This document shows positions 15,322-23,434 of a stretch of DNA of 32,000 nucleotides, in pieces. Every line of letters starts with the position of its first letter. The stretch's first letter is position 1. Made by a program: the position numbers and the translations under genes. The notes beneath the pieces were generated by a model. That model was not told the DNA's origin, did not search any database, and saw only the letters and a program-made list of their open reading frames with translations. The stretch comes from Schaalia meyeri (lineage in GTDB: Bacteria > Actinomycetota > Actinomycetes > Actinomycetales > Actinomycetaceae): NCBI RefSeq assembly GCF_900105015.1, contig NZ_FNLK01000007.1, forward strand, positions 3,060-35,059, given 5' to 3'.

Positions 15322-15394
15322 TACCCCCAACCGGATTTGAACCGGTGTTAACGCCGTGAGAGGGCGTCGTCCTAGGCCGCTAGACGATGGGGGC
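15322..15394 (-). tRNA. tRNA-Glu (anticodon CTC), copy 2
   Basis: A 73-nt sequence identical to copy 1, offset by 93 nt. Confidence 0.93.
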
Positions 15395-15419
15395 CGCCTG
15401 AAACTATCGCTTCAGATCG

Positions 15420-15491
15420 CTGGGGTACCAGGACTCGAACCTAGAATGGCTGAACCAGAATCAGCTGTGTTGCCAATTACACCATACCCCA
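15420..15491 (-). tRNA. tRNA-Gln (anticodon CTG)
   Basis: The reverse complement is TGGGGTATGGTGTAATTGGCAACACAGCTGATTCTGGTTCAGCCATTCTAGGTTCGAGTCCTGGTACCCCAG. The anticodon stem is GCTGA/TCAGC and the loop is TTCTGGT. CCA is not encoded. Confidence 0.93.
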
Positions 15492-15643
15492 CTGGGTGTC
15501 TCCCGCTTCGCTCTCGCGTCGCTGGCGACGAGAGATAACTGTAGCGGACAACAACCCGGGTGCCAAATCGAGCGCCCGTGGCGCCCGTCACGCGCTTCTC
15601 GCCCGCCCCACCCTCGCGGTGCGGGGGCTGGGCGATGCACGAC

Positions 15644-17149
15644 TCAGGCCAGCGACTGGCGCAGCGCCCTCAGGCGAGCCAGCGAGGAGACGCGCCCCAG
15701 AATCTCCATCGACTCAAACAGCGGAGGCGACACCTGGCGGCCCGTTACGGCAACGCGCAGCGGACCAAAAGCCAGGCGAGGCTTGACACCCATGTGGTCA
15801 ACGATGCGTTCGCGCAGCGAAGCCTCGAGGGAGGCGGTCGTGAATTCACCCAGGCCTTCCACCGTCTCGATGGCGGCATCCAGCACGTCACCGGCGTTGT
15901 CCTTCAGCTTCGAGACGGCCTTCTCGTCCATCTCCAGCGCATCGTCGGCGACGAAAAGGAAGCCAAGCATGGCCGTGGCCTCACCCAGCAGCTGAATGCG
16001 CGTCTGGATGAGGGGCGCGGCCTCCGTGAGGATCTCGCGCTCGCGCTCGGTCAGCTCACCGAAAGACTCGGCGGACACCAGGTGGTCGCGATGCAGGAAG
16101 GGCACCAGGCGGTCACGGAAGTCAATGCCATCGAGCAGACGGATCTGCTCGGCGTTAATCGCGATGGCCTTCTTCTGATCGAAGCGCGCCGGGTTCGGGT
16201 TCACGTCCGAAATGTCGAAGGCCCGCGCCATCTCTTGCATGGAGAAAATGTCGCGGTCGGGGGCGATCGACCAGCCCAGCAGGGCGAGGTAGTTGTTCAG
16301 GCCCTCGGGGATCATGCCCGCCGCCTTGTGCAGGAGCAGGTTCGATTCCGGGTCGCGCTTGGACAGCTTCTTGTTGCCCTCGCCCATGACGTAGGGCAGG
16401 TGCCCGAAGCGGGGCATAAACGTCGCGACGCCGATGGCCTGAAGCGCGCGGTACAGAACGATCTGGCGAGGCGTCGAAGAGAGCAGGTCCTCGCCGCGCA
16501 GGACGTGCGTGATCCCCATGAGCGCATCATCGATGGGGTTGACCAGCGTGTACAGCGGGTGCCCGTTGGCGCGAACGATGACATAGTCGGGAATGGAACC
16601 CGCCTTAAAGGTGATTTCGCCGCGGATCAGGTCCGTGAACGTAATGTCCTCGTCGGGCATGCGCAGGCGCAGCACCGGCTGGCGCCCCTCGGCGCGGTAG
16701 GCCGCGATCTGTTCCTCGCTCAGGTCGCGATCAAAGCCGTCGTAGCCCAGCTTGGGGTCCTCGCCCCTCGCGCGGTGGCGCTCTTCGACTTCCTCGGGCG
16801 TCGAGTAAGATTCGTAGGCATAGCCGACCTGAAGCAGGCGGGCGGCAACGTCACGGTAGATGTCCATGCGCTGGCTCTGACGGTAGGGGCCGTGGGGTCC
16901 TCCCTTGTCGACTCCCTCATCCCAGTCGAGGCCCAGCCACCGCAGCGATTCGATGATCTGGTCGAAGGATTCCTGGGAATCGCGGGCGGCGTCCGTGTCT
17001 TCGACGCGAAAGACGAAGGTCCCTCCCGCATGGCGGGCGTACGCCCAGTTGAACAGGCACGTGCGGACCATCCCGACGTGGGGGGTTCCTGTGGGCGAGG
17101 GACAGAAGCGGACGCGCACGTCGGCGCAGGTGGCAGTTGTTTCACTCAT
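15644..17149 (-). CDS. gltX: Glutamate--tRNA ligase (glutamyl-tRNA synthetase)
   Basis: 501 aa. The class I HIGH motif appears as [17 protein letters not shown] and the KMSKS-type motif as KLSKR. GltX-like blocks RVEDTD and [11 protein letters not shown] are also present. Confidence 0.95.
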   Translation of the reverse strand: MSETTATCADVRVRFCPSPTGTPHVGMVRTCLFNWAYARHAGGTFVFRVEDTDAARDSQESFDQIIESLRWLGLDWDEGVDKGGPHGPYRQSQRMDIYRDVAARLLQVGYAYESYSTPEEVEERHRARGEDPKLGYDGFDRDLSEEQIAAYRAEGRQPVLRLRMPDEDITFTDLIRGEITFKAGSIPDYVIVRANGHPLYTLVNPIDDALMGITHVLRGEDLLSSTPRQIVLYRALQAIGVATFMPRFGHLPYVMGEGNKKLSKRDPESNLLLHKAAGMIPEGLNNYLALLGWSIAPDRDIFSMQEMARAFDISDVNPNPARFDQKKAIAINAEQIRLLDGIDFRDRLVPFLHRDHLVSAESFGELTEREREILTEAAPLIQTRIQLLGEATAMLGFLFVADDALEMDEKAVSKLKDNAGDVLDAAIETVEGLGEFTTASLEASLRERIVDHMGVKPRLAFGPLRVAVTGRQVSPPLFESMEILGRVSSLARLRALRQSLA

Positions 17150-17291
17150 GATTCCCCAATCCTACTCCAGGCGAAGCCGTTGTATTTGCCTGTTGCATGG
17201 GCGCGCTGGGCCTGCAACAGCGCACGGGGATACTCTGTGGGTGTGAAAGGCCGCGGCACGCGCGAGCCAGGAAACAGCGCAGGAGGATCAC

Positions 17292-18464
17292 ATGCCCGTC
17301 CGTCTCTATTCCGACACCCAGCTGTACCGCACGGGGTCCCTCAAGTGGACGGGGATCACGCGGTCAAACGGGGATCCGACGATCGGAGCGTGGGTTGCGG
17401 AGATGGACTTTGGCACGGCGCCCGAGGTGGCTGACGCGATGAAGAGGGCGATCGATAACGGCTTGCTCGGCTATCAGCCCACGTGGCTGGCGCCTTCCGT
17501 TGCCGCGGCGACCGCGGAGTTTCACGACAGGCGCTTCGGGTGGGACGTCGACGCCTCGCACGTGCGCCTGGTGGCGTCGGTGCTGCCGGCTCTGGAGGCC
17601 ACGATCAACCACCTCGTCCGTCCGGGGGCGCCGGTCATCGTCCCCACTCCCGCGTACATGCCGTTCCTGTCGATCCCCGGAAAGTTCGATCACCCGGTGA
17701 TCGAGGTTCCCTCGCTGCGGGGCACGCGCGCAGGCGGCCACGGATGGGCGCTGGACCTGGAGGGGATTCGCGCCGGGCTCGAGTCCGGCGCCGGGCTCGT
17801 GATCCTGTGCAACCCGTGGAACCCGGTGGGACGGGTGCTGCGCGAAGAGGAGCTGCGGGCGTTGCACGACCTCGTTAGCCGCTACGACGCCCTCGTGTTT
17901 GCCGACGAAATCCACTCTTCGCTGGTGCTCGACGAATCGATCCCCTTCGTCTCCTATGCATCGCTCGGGCCCTCCTACGCGTCCCACACGGTCACGGCGA
18001 CCGCCGCGTCAAAGGGATGGAACATCGCGGGTCTGCCCTGCGCCCAGGTGATCCTCCCGGACGAGGAGCTGCGCGGCCGCTGGGACGAGTTCGGGGCGCA
18101 GGTGCGCCACGGTGCGACCGTCATCGGCGCGGTGGGCACGATCACCGCCTACCAGCACGGCGATGCGTGGCAGCGAGAAGTCAAGGACCTGATCCGCGCG
18201 AACGTGGACCTCGTGGAGTCCCGCCTGTCAGGCTCCCCCATCGACTTCGTGCGCCCGGAAGGCACATACCTGACGTGGTGGGGCTTTGCGCGCACCGACC
18301 TGGGGCGCCTCTCCCCCTGCGCCGTCCTGCGCGACAAGGCGGGCATCGCCACCAACGAGGGGATGACGCTGGGCGCCGACTACCGCGAGTGGGCGCGCAT
18401 CAACCTGGCGTGCGCGCCCGACGTGGCGGAGCGAATCGTGGAGCGCGTCTTAGCGTTGCTCTGA
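17292..18464 (+). CDS. PLP-dependent aminotransferase class I/II, MalY/PatB-type cystathionine beta-lyase (C-S lyase)
   Basis: 390 aa. The N-terminus has YRTGSLKWT...AWVAEMDF, characteristic of the MalY/PatB family. ADEIHS and a SKGWNIAGL-type PLP-lysine region are present. SD AGGAGGA lies 4 nt upstream of the ATG. Confidence 0.85.
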   Translation: MPVRLYSDTQLYRTGSLKWTGITRSNGDPTIGAWVAEMDFGTAPEVADAMKRAIDNGLLGYQPTWLAPSVAAATAEFHDRRFGWDVDASHVRLVASVLPALEATINHLVRPGAPVIVPTPAYMPFLSIPGKFDHPVIEVPSLRGTRAGGHGWALDLEGIRAGLESGAGLVILCNPWNPVGRVLREEELRALHDLVSRYDALVFADEIHSSLVLDESIPFVSYASLGPSYASHTVTATAASKGWNIAGLPCAQVILPDEELRGRWDEFGAQVRHGATVIGAVGTITAYQHGDAWQREVKDLIRANVDLVESRLSGSPIDFVRPEGTYLTWWGFARTDLGRLSPCAVLRDKAGIATNEGMTLGADYREWARINLACAPDVAERIVERVLALL

Positions 18465-18530
18465 TCCGCTGACGAAGGGGGTCTGCGCGACGCCCGGGGT
18501 TTCCCGGGCCACGGCCTCGCTCGTGAAAAC

Positions 18531-19328
18531 TCATGCCCCCAGGGCAGCCTCAATGCCGGCGACGACGAGTCCCCGGGCCGCCGACGCCGCCTCCACGACG
18601 GCGCCGGGATCAGTGGGCGCTTTAGCGAAAGACAGGTCGGAAACGACGGACATCCCGGCGACCCGTACGCCCAGGGCGTGCAGCGTCAGCGCCTCCATGA
18701 CGGTCGACATGCCCACGCAGTCGATACCGAGTCCCGCCAGGACGCGCGCCTCCGCCAGCGTCTGATACTCCGGGCCGCGCAGGATCGCGTAAACGCCCTC
18801 ACGCTGGCAGGGACCGCACAGAGCGCGGGTCATGGCCCGGTCCCACACGGCCGACACGTCCAGGAACAGCGGCCCGGTAAACGGCGAGACGCCGCTGAGG
18901 TTCACGTGATCGGTGATGGCCATGACGTCTCCGAGGCGCCACGAGCGCAGGCACCCGTTCGCGTTCGTGAGGACAGCCCGCTCCACCCCGGCGGCGGCCG
19001 CCGCGCGAGCCAACGCGGTCACGGCGCGCACTCCTCTGCCCTCGTACAGGTGGGTGCGTCCCGTCGCGACCAGCACGGTTCCGCGGGCGCCCGCATAGGC
19101 CCGCAGCTCGCCGCCGTGGCCGTCGGCCACCGGAGCAACCAGGCCGGGGATACTTCCCAGGGACACGGCGAAGGCGGGTTCACCCCACGCCTGGTCGAGC
19201 GCGTCCGCCAATCCCGACCCCAGGACGACGAGCGCGTGCGGGGTACCCGTGAGCCCGGCGAGGAGCGCCCCGGCGGCCCTGGCCTCCTCATCCAAAAGGG
19301 CGCGCGCAAAGCGTGGGTCGGTGCTCAC
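18531..19328 (-). CDS. Purine nucleoside phosphorylase, trimeric PunA-type (PNP family 2)
   Basis: 265 aa with VVLGSGL, GRTHLYEG, LTNANGCL and VGMSTVMEA motifs that parallel PunA/MTAP-type phosphorylases. The GTG start at 19328 forms a GTGA overlap with the stop of the upstream permease. Confidence 0.85.
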   Translation of the reverse strand: MSTDPRFARALLDEEARAAGALLAGLTGTPHALVVLGSGLADALDQAWGEPAFAVSLGSIPGLVAPVADGHGGELRAYAGARGTVLVATGRTHLYEGRGVRAVTALARAAAAAGVERAVLTNANGCLRSWRLGDVMAITDHVNLSGVSPFTGPLFLDVSAVWDRAMTRALCGPCQREGVYAILRGPEYQTLAEARVLAGLGIDCVGMSTVMEALTLHALGVRVAGMSVVSDLSFAKAPTDPGAVVEAASAARGLVVAGIEAALGA

Positions 19329-20809
19329 TCACCGCCCCCTTCGAGGCCCTGCGCGTAGGTGCGCGAGGAAAGCGTCTCCTGGGCGCGTACGCGGCCCGCG
19401 CTGGTCGCCCAGTAGCCGACGAAACCCACGACCATGGCCAGGAGGATGCCGATGTTGGCGCCCGCCCAGTCTCCCTCGCGCCCACCGAGGGGACCCAGCA
19501 GGTAGCCCTGCCAGGAGAGCCACGACGCGTTCGAGTTCACGACCAGGCCCCACCCCCCGAGGGAACCGACCGCCAGCGATGCGACGGCACCCCAGTTCAC
19601 TGACCCGTAGCGGCCCGACGGGGTAAAGAGCGAGGGCTCGTCGTAGTCCTTACGGCGCAGCGCGATATCGGCGAGCATGACGCCGCCCCACGCGGCGATC
19701 ACGACGCCGAGGGTGGTAAGGAAAGCGGTGAAAGGAGTCAGGAAGGAGTCGGCGAAGAACACGACGACGATGGTTCCGACCGTCATGATCGTGCCGTCGA
19801 TGGCCGTGGCGACCGGGCGTGACACGGGCACCCCCACGGCCAGCAGAGACAGGCCCGAAGAGTAGATGTCCATGACGATTCCGCCGATCAGCCCCAGGAT
19901 CGCGACGATGGCGAAGGGAATGAGGAACCACGTGGGCAGCAGCGTCGTAAGCGCTCCGATCGGATCGGCGCCGATCGCCTCCGACAGGGATTCGTCGGCC
20001 GAGCCAACCAGGAGGATACCGAAGAACACCAGGACGACCGTGGGCAGCGCCGCGCCCAGCGTCGTCCACCCGACGACTCCTCGCGTCGACGCGGCGCGCG
20101 GCAAGTAGCGCGAGTAGTCGGCGGCCGCATTAATCCAGCCGAAACCAAAACCCACGAGGAGCATACAGCCGGCACCTAAGACGGCGGCCACGGGCGCCCC
20201 AGGCCGCGAGGCCAGCACCGAAAAGTTGATCGTCGGAGCAACCAGGACCAGGTACACGAGCGTCAGGGCGGCGCTCGCCCACGTGATCCACGTCTGCACC
20301 TTCATGATCGCCTCGAAGCCGAGGATGCCCGAACCGGCTGCCAGGACCACGACGAGAACCAGGGATATCACCTGGGCGAGGAGGTGGTTTGAAAACCCCA
20401 TGGCACCCATGACGGTGGCCGTGGCCTGGACCGCTATGATCGCCAGGAAGGTCTCCCACCCCACCGTCAGAATCCACGAGATAGCCGCAGACACGCGGTT
20501 GCCGTTAAAACCGAAGGCGGCACGCGACAGGACCAGCGTCGGCGCGGACCCGCGCTTGCCCGCAAGCGCGACCAGGCCGCAGACCAGGAACGACAGGGTC
20601 ACCCCGACGACCGACACGACGACCGCCTGAGCCAGGGAGAGGCCAAAACCCAGCACCCACGACCCCCAGGAGATTCCCAGAACCGAGATATTCGCTGCGA
20701 ACCACGGCATGAACAGGTCGGCAGGCCTGCCCTTACGATCGGATTCAGGAATGACGTCCAGGCCGGCCATCTCGACGGCCAGCGCGCCCGAGGACTGGGG
20801 TTCGCTCAC
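19325..20809 (-). CDS. NCS1-family nucleobase (purine/cytosine/uracil/allantoin-type) permease
   Basis: 494 aa, polytopic. The N-terminus reads IPESDRKGRPADLFMPWFAANISVLGISWG and the protein contains NAAADYSRYLP, both typical of CodB/NCS1 permeases. The start is GTG with GGAG 7 nt upstream. A TAAAAT -10 candidate on the minus strand occupies 20854-20849. Confidence 0.88.
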   Translation of the reverse strand: MSEPQSSGALAVEMAGLDVIPESDRKGRPADLFMPWFAANISVLGISWGSWVLGFGLSLAQAVVVSVVGVTLSFLVCGLVALAGKRGSAPTLVLSRAAFGFNGNRVSAAISWILTVGWETFLAIIAVQATATVMGAMGFSNHLLAQVISLVLVVVLAAGSGILGFEAIMKVQTWITWASAALTLVYLVLVAPTINFSVLASRPGAPVAAVLGAGCMLLVGFGFGWINAAADYSRYLPRAASTRGVVGWTTLGAALPTVVLVFFGILLVGSADESLSEAIGADPIGALTTLLPTWFLIPFAIVAILGLIGGIVMDIYSSGLSLLAVGVPVSRPVATAIDGTIMTVGTIVVVFFADSFLTPFTAFLTTLGVVIAAWGGVMLADIALRRKDYDEPSLFTPSGRYGSVNWGAVASLAVGSLGGWGLVVNSNASWLSWQGYLLGPLGGREGDWAGANIGILLAMVVGFVGYWATSAGRVRAQETLSSRTYAQGLEGGGE

Positions 20810-20871
20810 AATGTGCTCCTATGGCGAAAGTGTCGTTCAAACACCTCCATTTTACCGCATAGGTCACATTC

Positions 20872-21639
20872 TCAGGCTCGCACGACGGGATTCGACAGGC
20901 GGCCGATGCCCTCGATCTCGATCTCGACGCGATCCCCCACGTCAATGCGACCGCACCCGGCGGGAGCGCCGGTGACGATCACGTCACCGGGCAGCAGCGT
21001 CATTTGATGCGACGCGTAGGACACCAGCTCGTAGGCTTTCCAGATCATGTCCGACGTGCACCCGTCCTGCCCAGGTTCGCCGTTCACGAAGGAACAAATG
21101 GACAGGTTGTCTACGTCCAACTCGGGGTCGACCGTGATCCACGGCCCCAGGGGGCATGCCGTATCGAACGACTTGCCGCGCGCCCACGGGCCCCCAGTCA
21201 TCGCGTCGCGAGCCGTCGCGTCATTAGCGACCGTGTAGCCCAGGATCATGTGGGGGGCGTCCTTGAGGCTCACGTCCTTGGCCAGGGACTTAATCACGAT
21301 GGCGAGCTCGCCCTCGAAGATGACGTCGTCCGACCAGGCGGGGATCACGATCGGATCGTCCGGGCCGATCACGCAGGTGTTCGGCTTGATAAAGATCGGC
21401 GGCTCTTTCCTCTCCTCGGGGGGAATCGGGGTATCCGAATAGTTGTTGCCGATGCCCACGACCTTCGAGCGCGGGATCACCGGGGACAGCAGGCGCACCT
21501 CGTCCAGCTCGTAGATCTGGCCGGAAGGCTCGACGGGCGAAAACAGCGGGTCCCCCTTGAGACCCACAATCCTATTCGATCCCTCTTCGAGGGCGCCGTA
21601 CACCGGGTTCGTTCCATCGGAAAAACGCGCGATTCTCAT
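20872..21639 (-). CDS. Fumarylacetoacetate hydrolase (FAH) family protein
   Basis: 255 aa with VVGIGNNY, IFIKP, EGELAIVI, GYTVANDATARD, KSFDT and GDVIVTGAP motifs of the FAH / HpcE-like fold. Confidence 0.9.
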   Translation of the reverse strand: MRIARFSDGTNPVYGALEEGSNRIVGLKGDPLFSPVEPSGQIYELDEVRLLSPVIPRSKVVGIGNNYSDTPIPPEERKEPPIFIKPNTCVIGPDDPIVIPAWSDDVIFEGELAIVIKSLAKDVSLKDAPHMILGYTVANDATARDAMTGGPWARGKSFDTACPLGPWITVDPELDVDNLSICSFVNGEPGQDGCTSDMIWKAYELVSYASHQMTLLPGDVIVTGAPAGCGRIDVGDRVEIEIEGIGRLSNPVVRA

Positions 21640-21679
21640 GCCTGTAGTCTAATTCACGAACCGCCCGCGGCGCCAGGTC

Positions 21680-23191
21680 TCAGCGCGAGGATGCGCCCGC
21701 GGCGCCACCCCGTCGCCTCTTCTTGGCACGCCCCCACACGTGTCCTGGAACGTCTCCTGGCAGCATGGGATTCTTCTCTCCCACGAACACGGGATCCGCG
21801 ATGCCGTCGCGCCGCTGGGCCTCGTAGTCGCGCAGCGCGCCCAGGACCCACCGGGCGAGGAACACCAGCGCCACCAGGTTCGTGATCGTCATGATCGCCA
21901 TCGCGATGTCGACGGCGTTCCACACGACGTCCAGGGTCAGCAGGGCGCCGACAGTCGCCGACGCAACACAGACGACGCGCACGGTCCACGTCGCCCACGG
22001 GGCGTCACCGAAGACAAACGACATGTTCGTATCCGAGTACACGTACGCGGCAATGATCGAGGAGTAGGCGAGCACGAAGATCAGGATCGCCATCGGGACG
22101 ATCGTCCACGCGCCCAGCTCGTGCGCGACGGCCAGCGTGGTCAGGTTCGACGGGTTCACGTCCGCACCGCCCCACACGTCGCCGCCCGCGATGAGGATAA
22201 CGAACGCGGTCGCCGTGCACACGATGATCGTGTCGATGAAGACGCCGAGGGACTGGATGAGGCCCTGGCGGACCGGGTGCGACACGGTCGCCGTCGCGGC
22301 GGCGTTCGGGGCGGTTCCCTGCCCGGCCTCGTTGGAGAACAGTCCGCGCTTCGTGCCGTTGATCATCGCGGCGAGGATGCCACCACCCAGGCCGCCGACC
22401 GTGGAGTCCACCGAGAACGCCGAGGAAAAGATCTGTCCGAGCACCGCGCCGAACTGCGACAGGTTCATCAGACAGATGATGGCGACCATGACCACGTAGA
22501 TGAGCGCCATGATCGGGGCCATCCACTCCGTCACGCGGGCGACTGTGCGGATGCCGCCGAAAATAACCATCGCCGAAAACACGAACACCAGGCCCGCGAC
22601 GGTGAGCTGCGCGGCCGAGAAGTCACCCGCGCCCGGAAGCGGCTGCTTGGCGGCCTCGCCGAAGGCGCTCGTGAGCGTTCCCGCAATCGCGTTGGATTGC
22701 ACGGATGTGATGACGATACCGCAGGTGACCACGGTGATGACCGCGAACACGTTGGCGAGCAGACGGTTCTTCATTCCCCGCCTGATATAATACGCCGGGC
22801 CGCCGCGGTAGGAGCCGTCCGAGTGCCGGACCTTGAAGATCTGTGCGAGCGTCGCCTCAAAGAACGCGGTCGCCATGCCCACCAGAGCGACGACCCACAT
22901 CCAGAAGATCGCGCCGGGGCCACCAAACATGAGCGCCGCCGCCACGCCGAACACGTTGCCGACGCCGACGCGCGCGGCCAGCGAAATAGCGAAAGCCTGG
23001 AAGGAGGAGATACCGCCTTTGGCCCCCTGACGCGACCCCAGGCTCGCGCGGACCATCTCTGGAAAGAGACGCACCTGCACCGCGCGGGAGATCACGGTGA
23101 GGATCAGGCCCACGCCGATCAGGATGACGATCGTAAGGTGCATCGTGATCCAGTCGGCAATCTGCTGCTCGATCTGGGCAATCTGTTCCAC
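21680..23191 (-). CDS. Alanine/glycine:cation symporter (AGCS family)
   Basis: 503 aa with ISSFQAFAISLAARVGVGNVFGVAAA..GGPGAIFWMW, GGPAYYI and SNEAGQGTAPNAAA, which are hallmark AGCS blocks. The start is GTG with GGAGG 5 nt upstream. Confidence 0.9.
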   Translation of the reverse strand: MEQIAQIEQQIADWITMHLTIVILIGVGLILTVISRAVQVRLFPEMVRASLGSRQGAKGGISSFQAFAISLAARVGVGNVFGVAAALMFGGPGAIFWMWVVALVGMATAFFEATLAQIFKVRHSDGSYRGGPAYYIRRGMKNRLLANVFAVITVVTCGIVITSVQSNAIAGTLTSAFGEAAKQPLPGAGDFSAAQLTVAGLVFVFSAMVIFGGIRTVARVTEWMAPIMALIYVVMVAIICLMNLSQFGAVLGQIFSSAFSVDSTVGGLGGGILAAMINGTKRGLFSNEAGQGTAPNAAATATVSHPVRQGLIQSLGVFIDTIIVCTATAFVILIAGGDVWGGADVNPSNLTTLAVAHELGAWTIVPMAILIFVLAYSSIIAAYVYSDTNMSFVFGDAPWATWTVRVVCVASATVGALLTLDVVWNAVDIAMAIMTITNLVALVFLARWVLGALRDYEAQRRDGIADPVFVGEKNPMLPGDVPGHVWGRAKKRRRGGAAGASSR

Positions 23192-23434
23192 AGGGGCCTC
23201 CCGGGGTGTCGAAAGACGAGGCCGGGGATCGCTCGCGGGGCCTCGTGCGCTTGGCGGGCCGCGCCCGCGCGTTGATGGGACCCCCTCATCTTGCCACAGG
23301 GCAGTGACGCAGGCAGGCGGCGTCTCGCCGCGCGCACGGATGTCGGGACAGCGCGTGAGCGCAGCCTGATCGATGGGGGTGTCGTCGGCGAGCGAGCCGA
23401 GACGAAGGCGGGCGAGGTCTGGGACAATACAGGC

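Noticed and set aside
15560-17434. A 624-aa plus-strand ORF.
   Set aside because: It is antisense to gltX (HIGH and KMSKS motifs are present on the minus strand) and runs through the divergent promoter into the aminotransferase gene. This is a shadow ORF.
21740-23275. A 511-aa plus-strand ORF.
   Set aside because: It is antisense to the AGCS symporter. The translation is extremely Arg/Asp/His-rich and not protein-like.
23192-23434. A possible glycine riboswitch upstream of the alanine/glycine symporter. A stem (CGAGGCC...GGCCTCG followed by TCTTTCG on the minus strand, about 23214-23250) resembles an expression-platform terminator.
   Set aside because: I could not find the conserved glycine-aptamer cores (GGAGAG ... 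ACCGAAGG(G/A)GCAA, CUCUGGAGAG) on the minus strand. The stem has a 14-nt loop and a poor U tract. cmscan would settle it.
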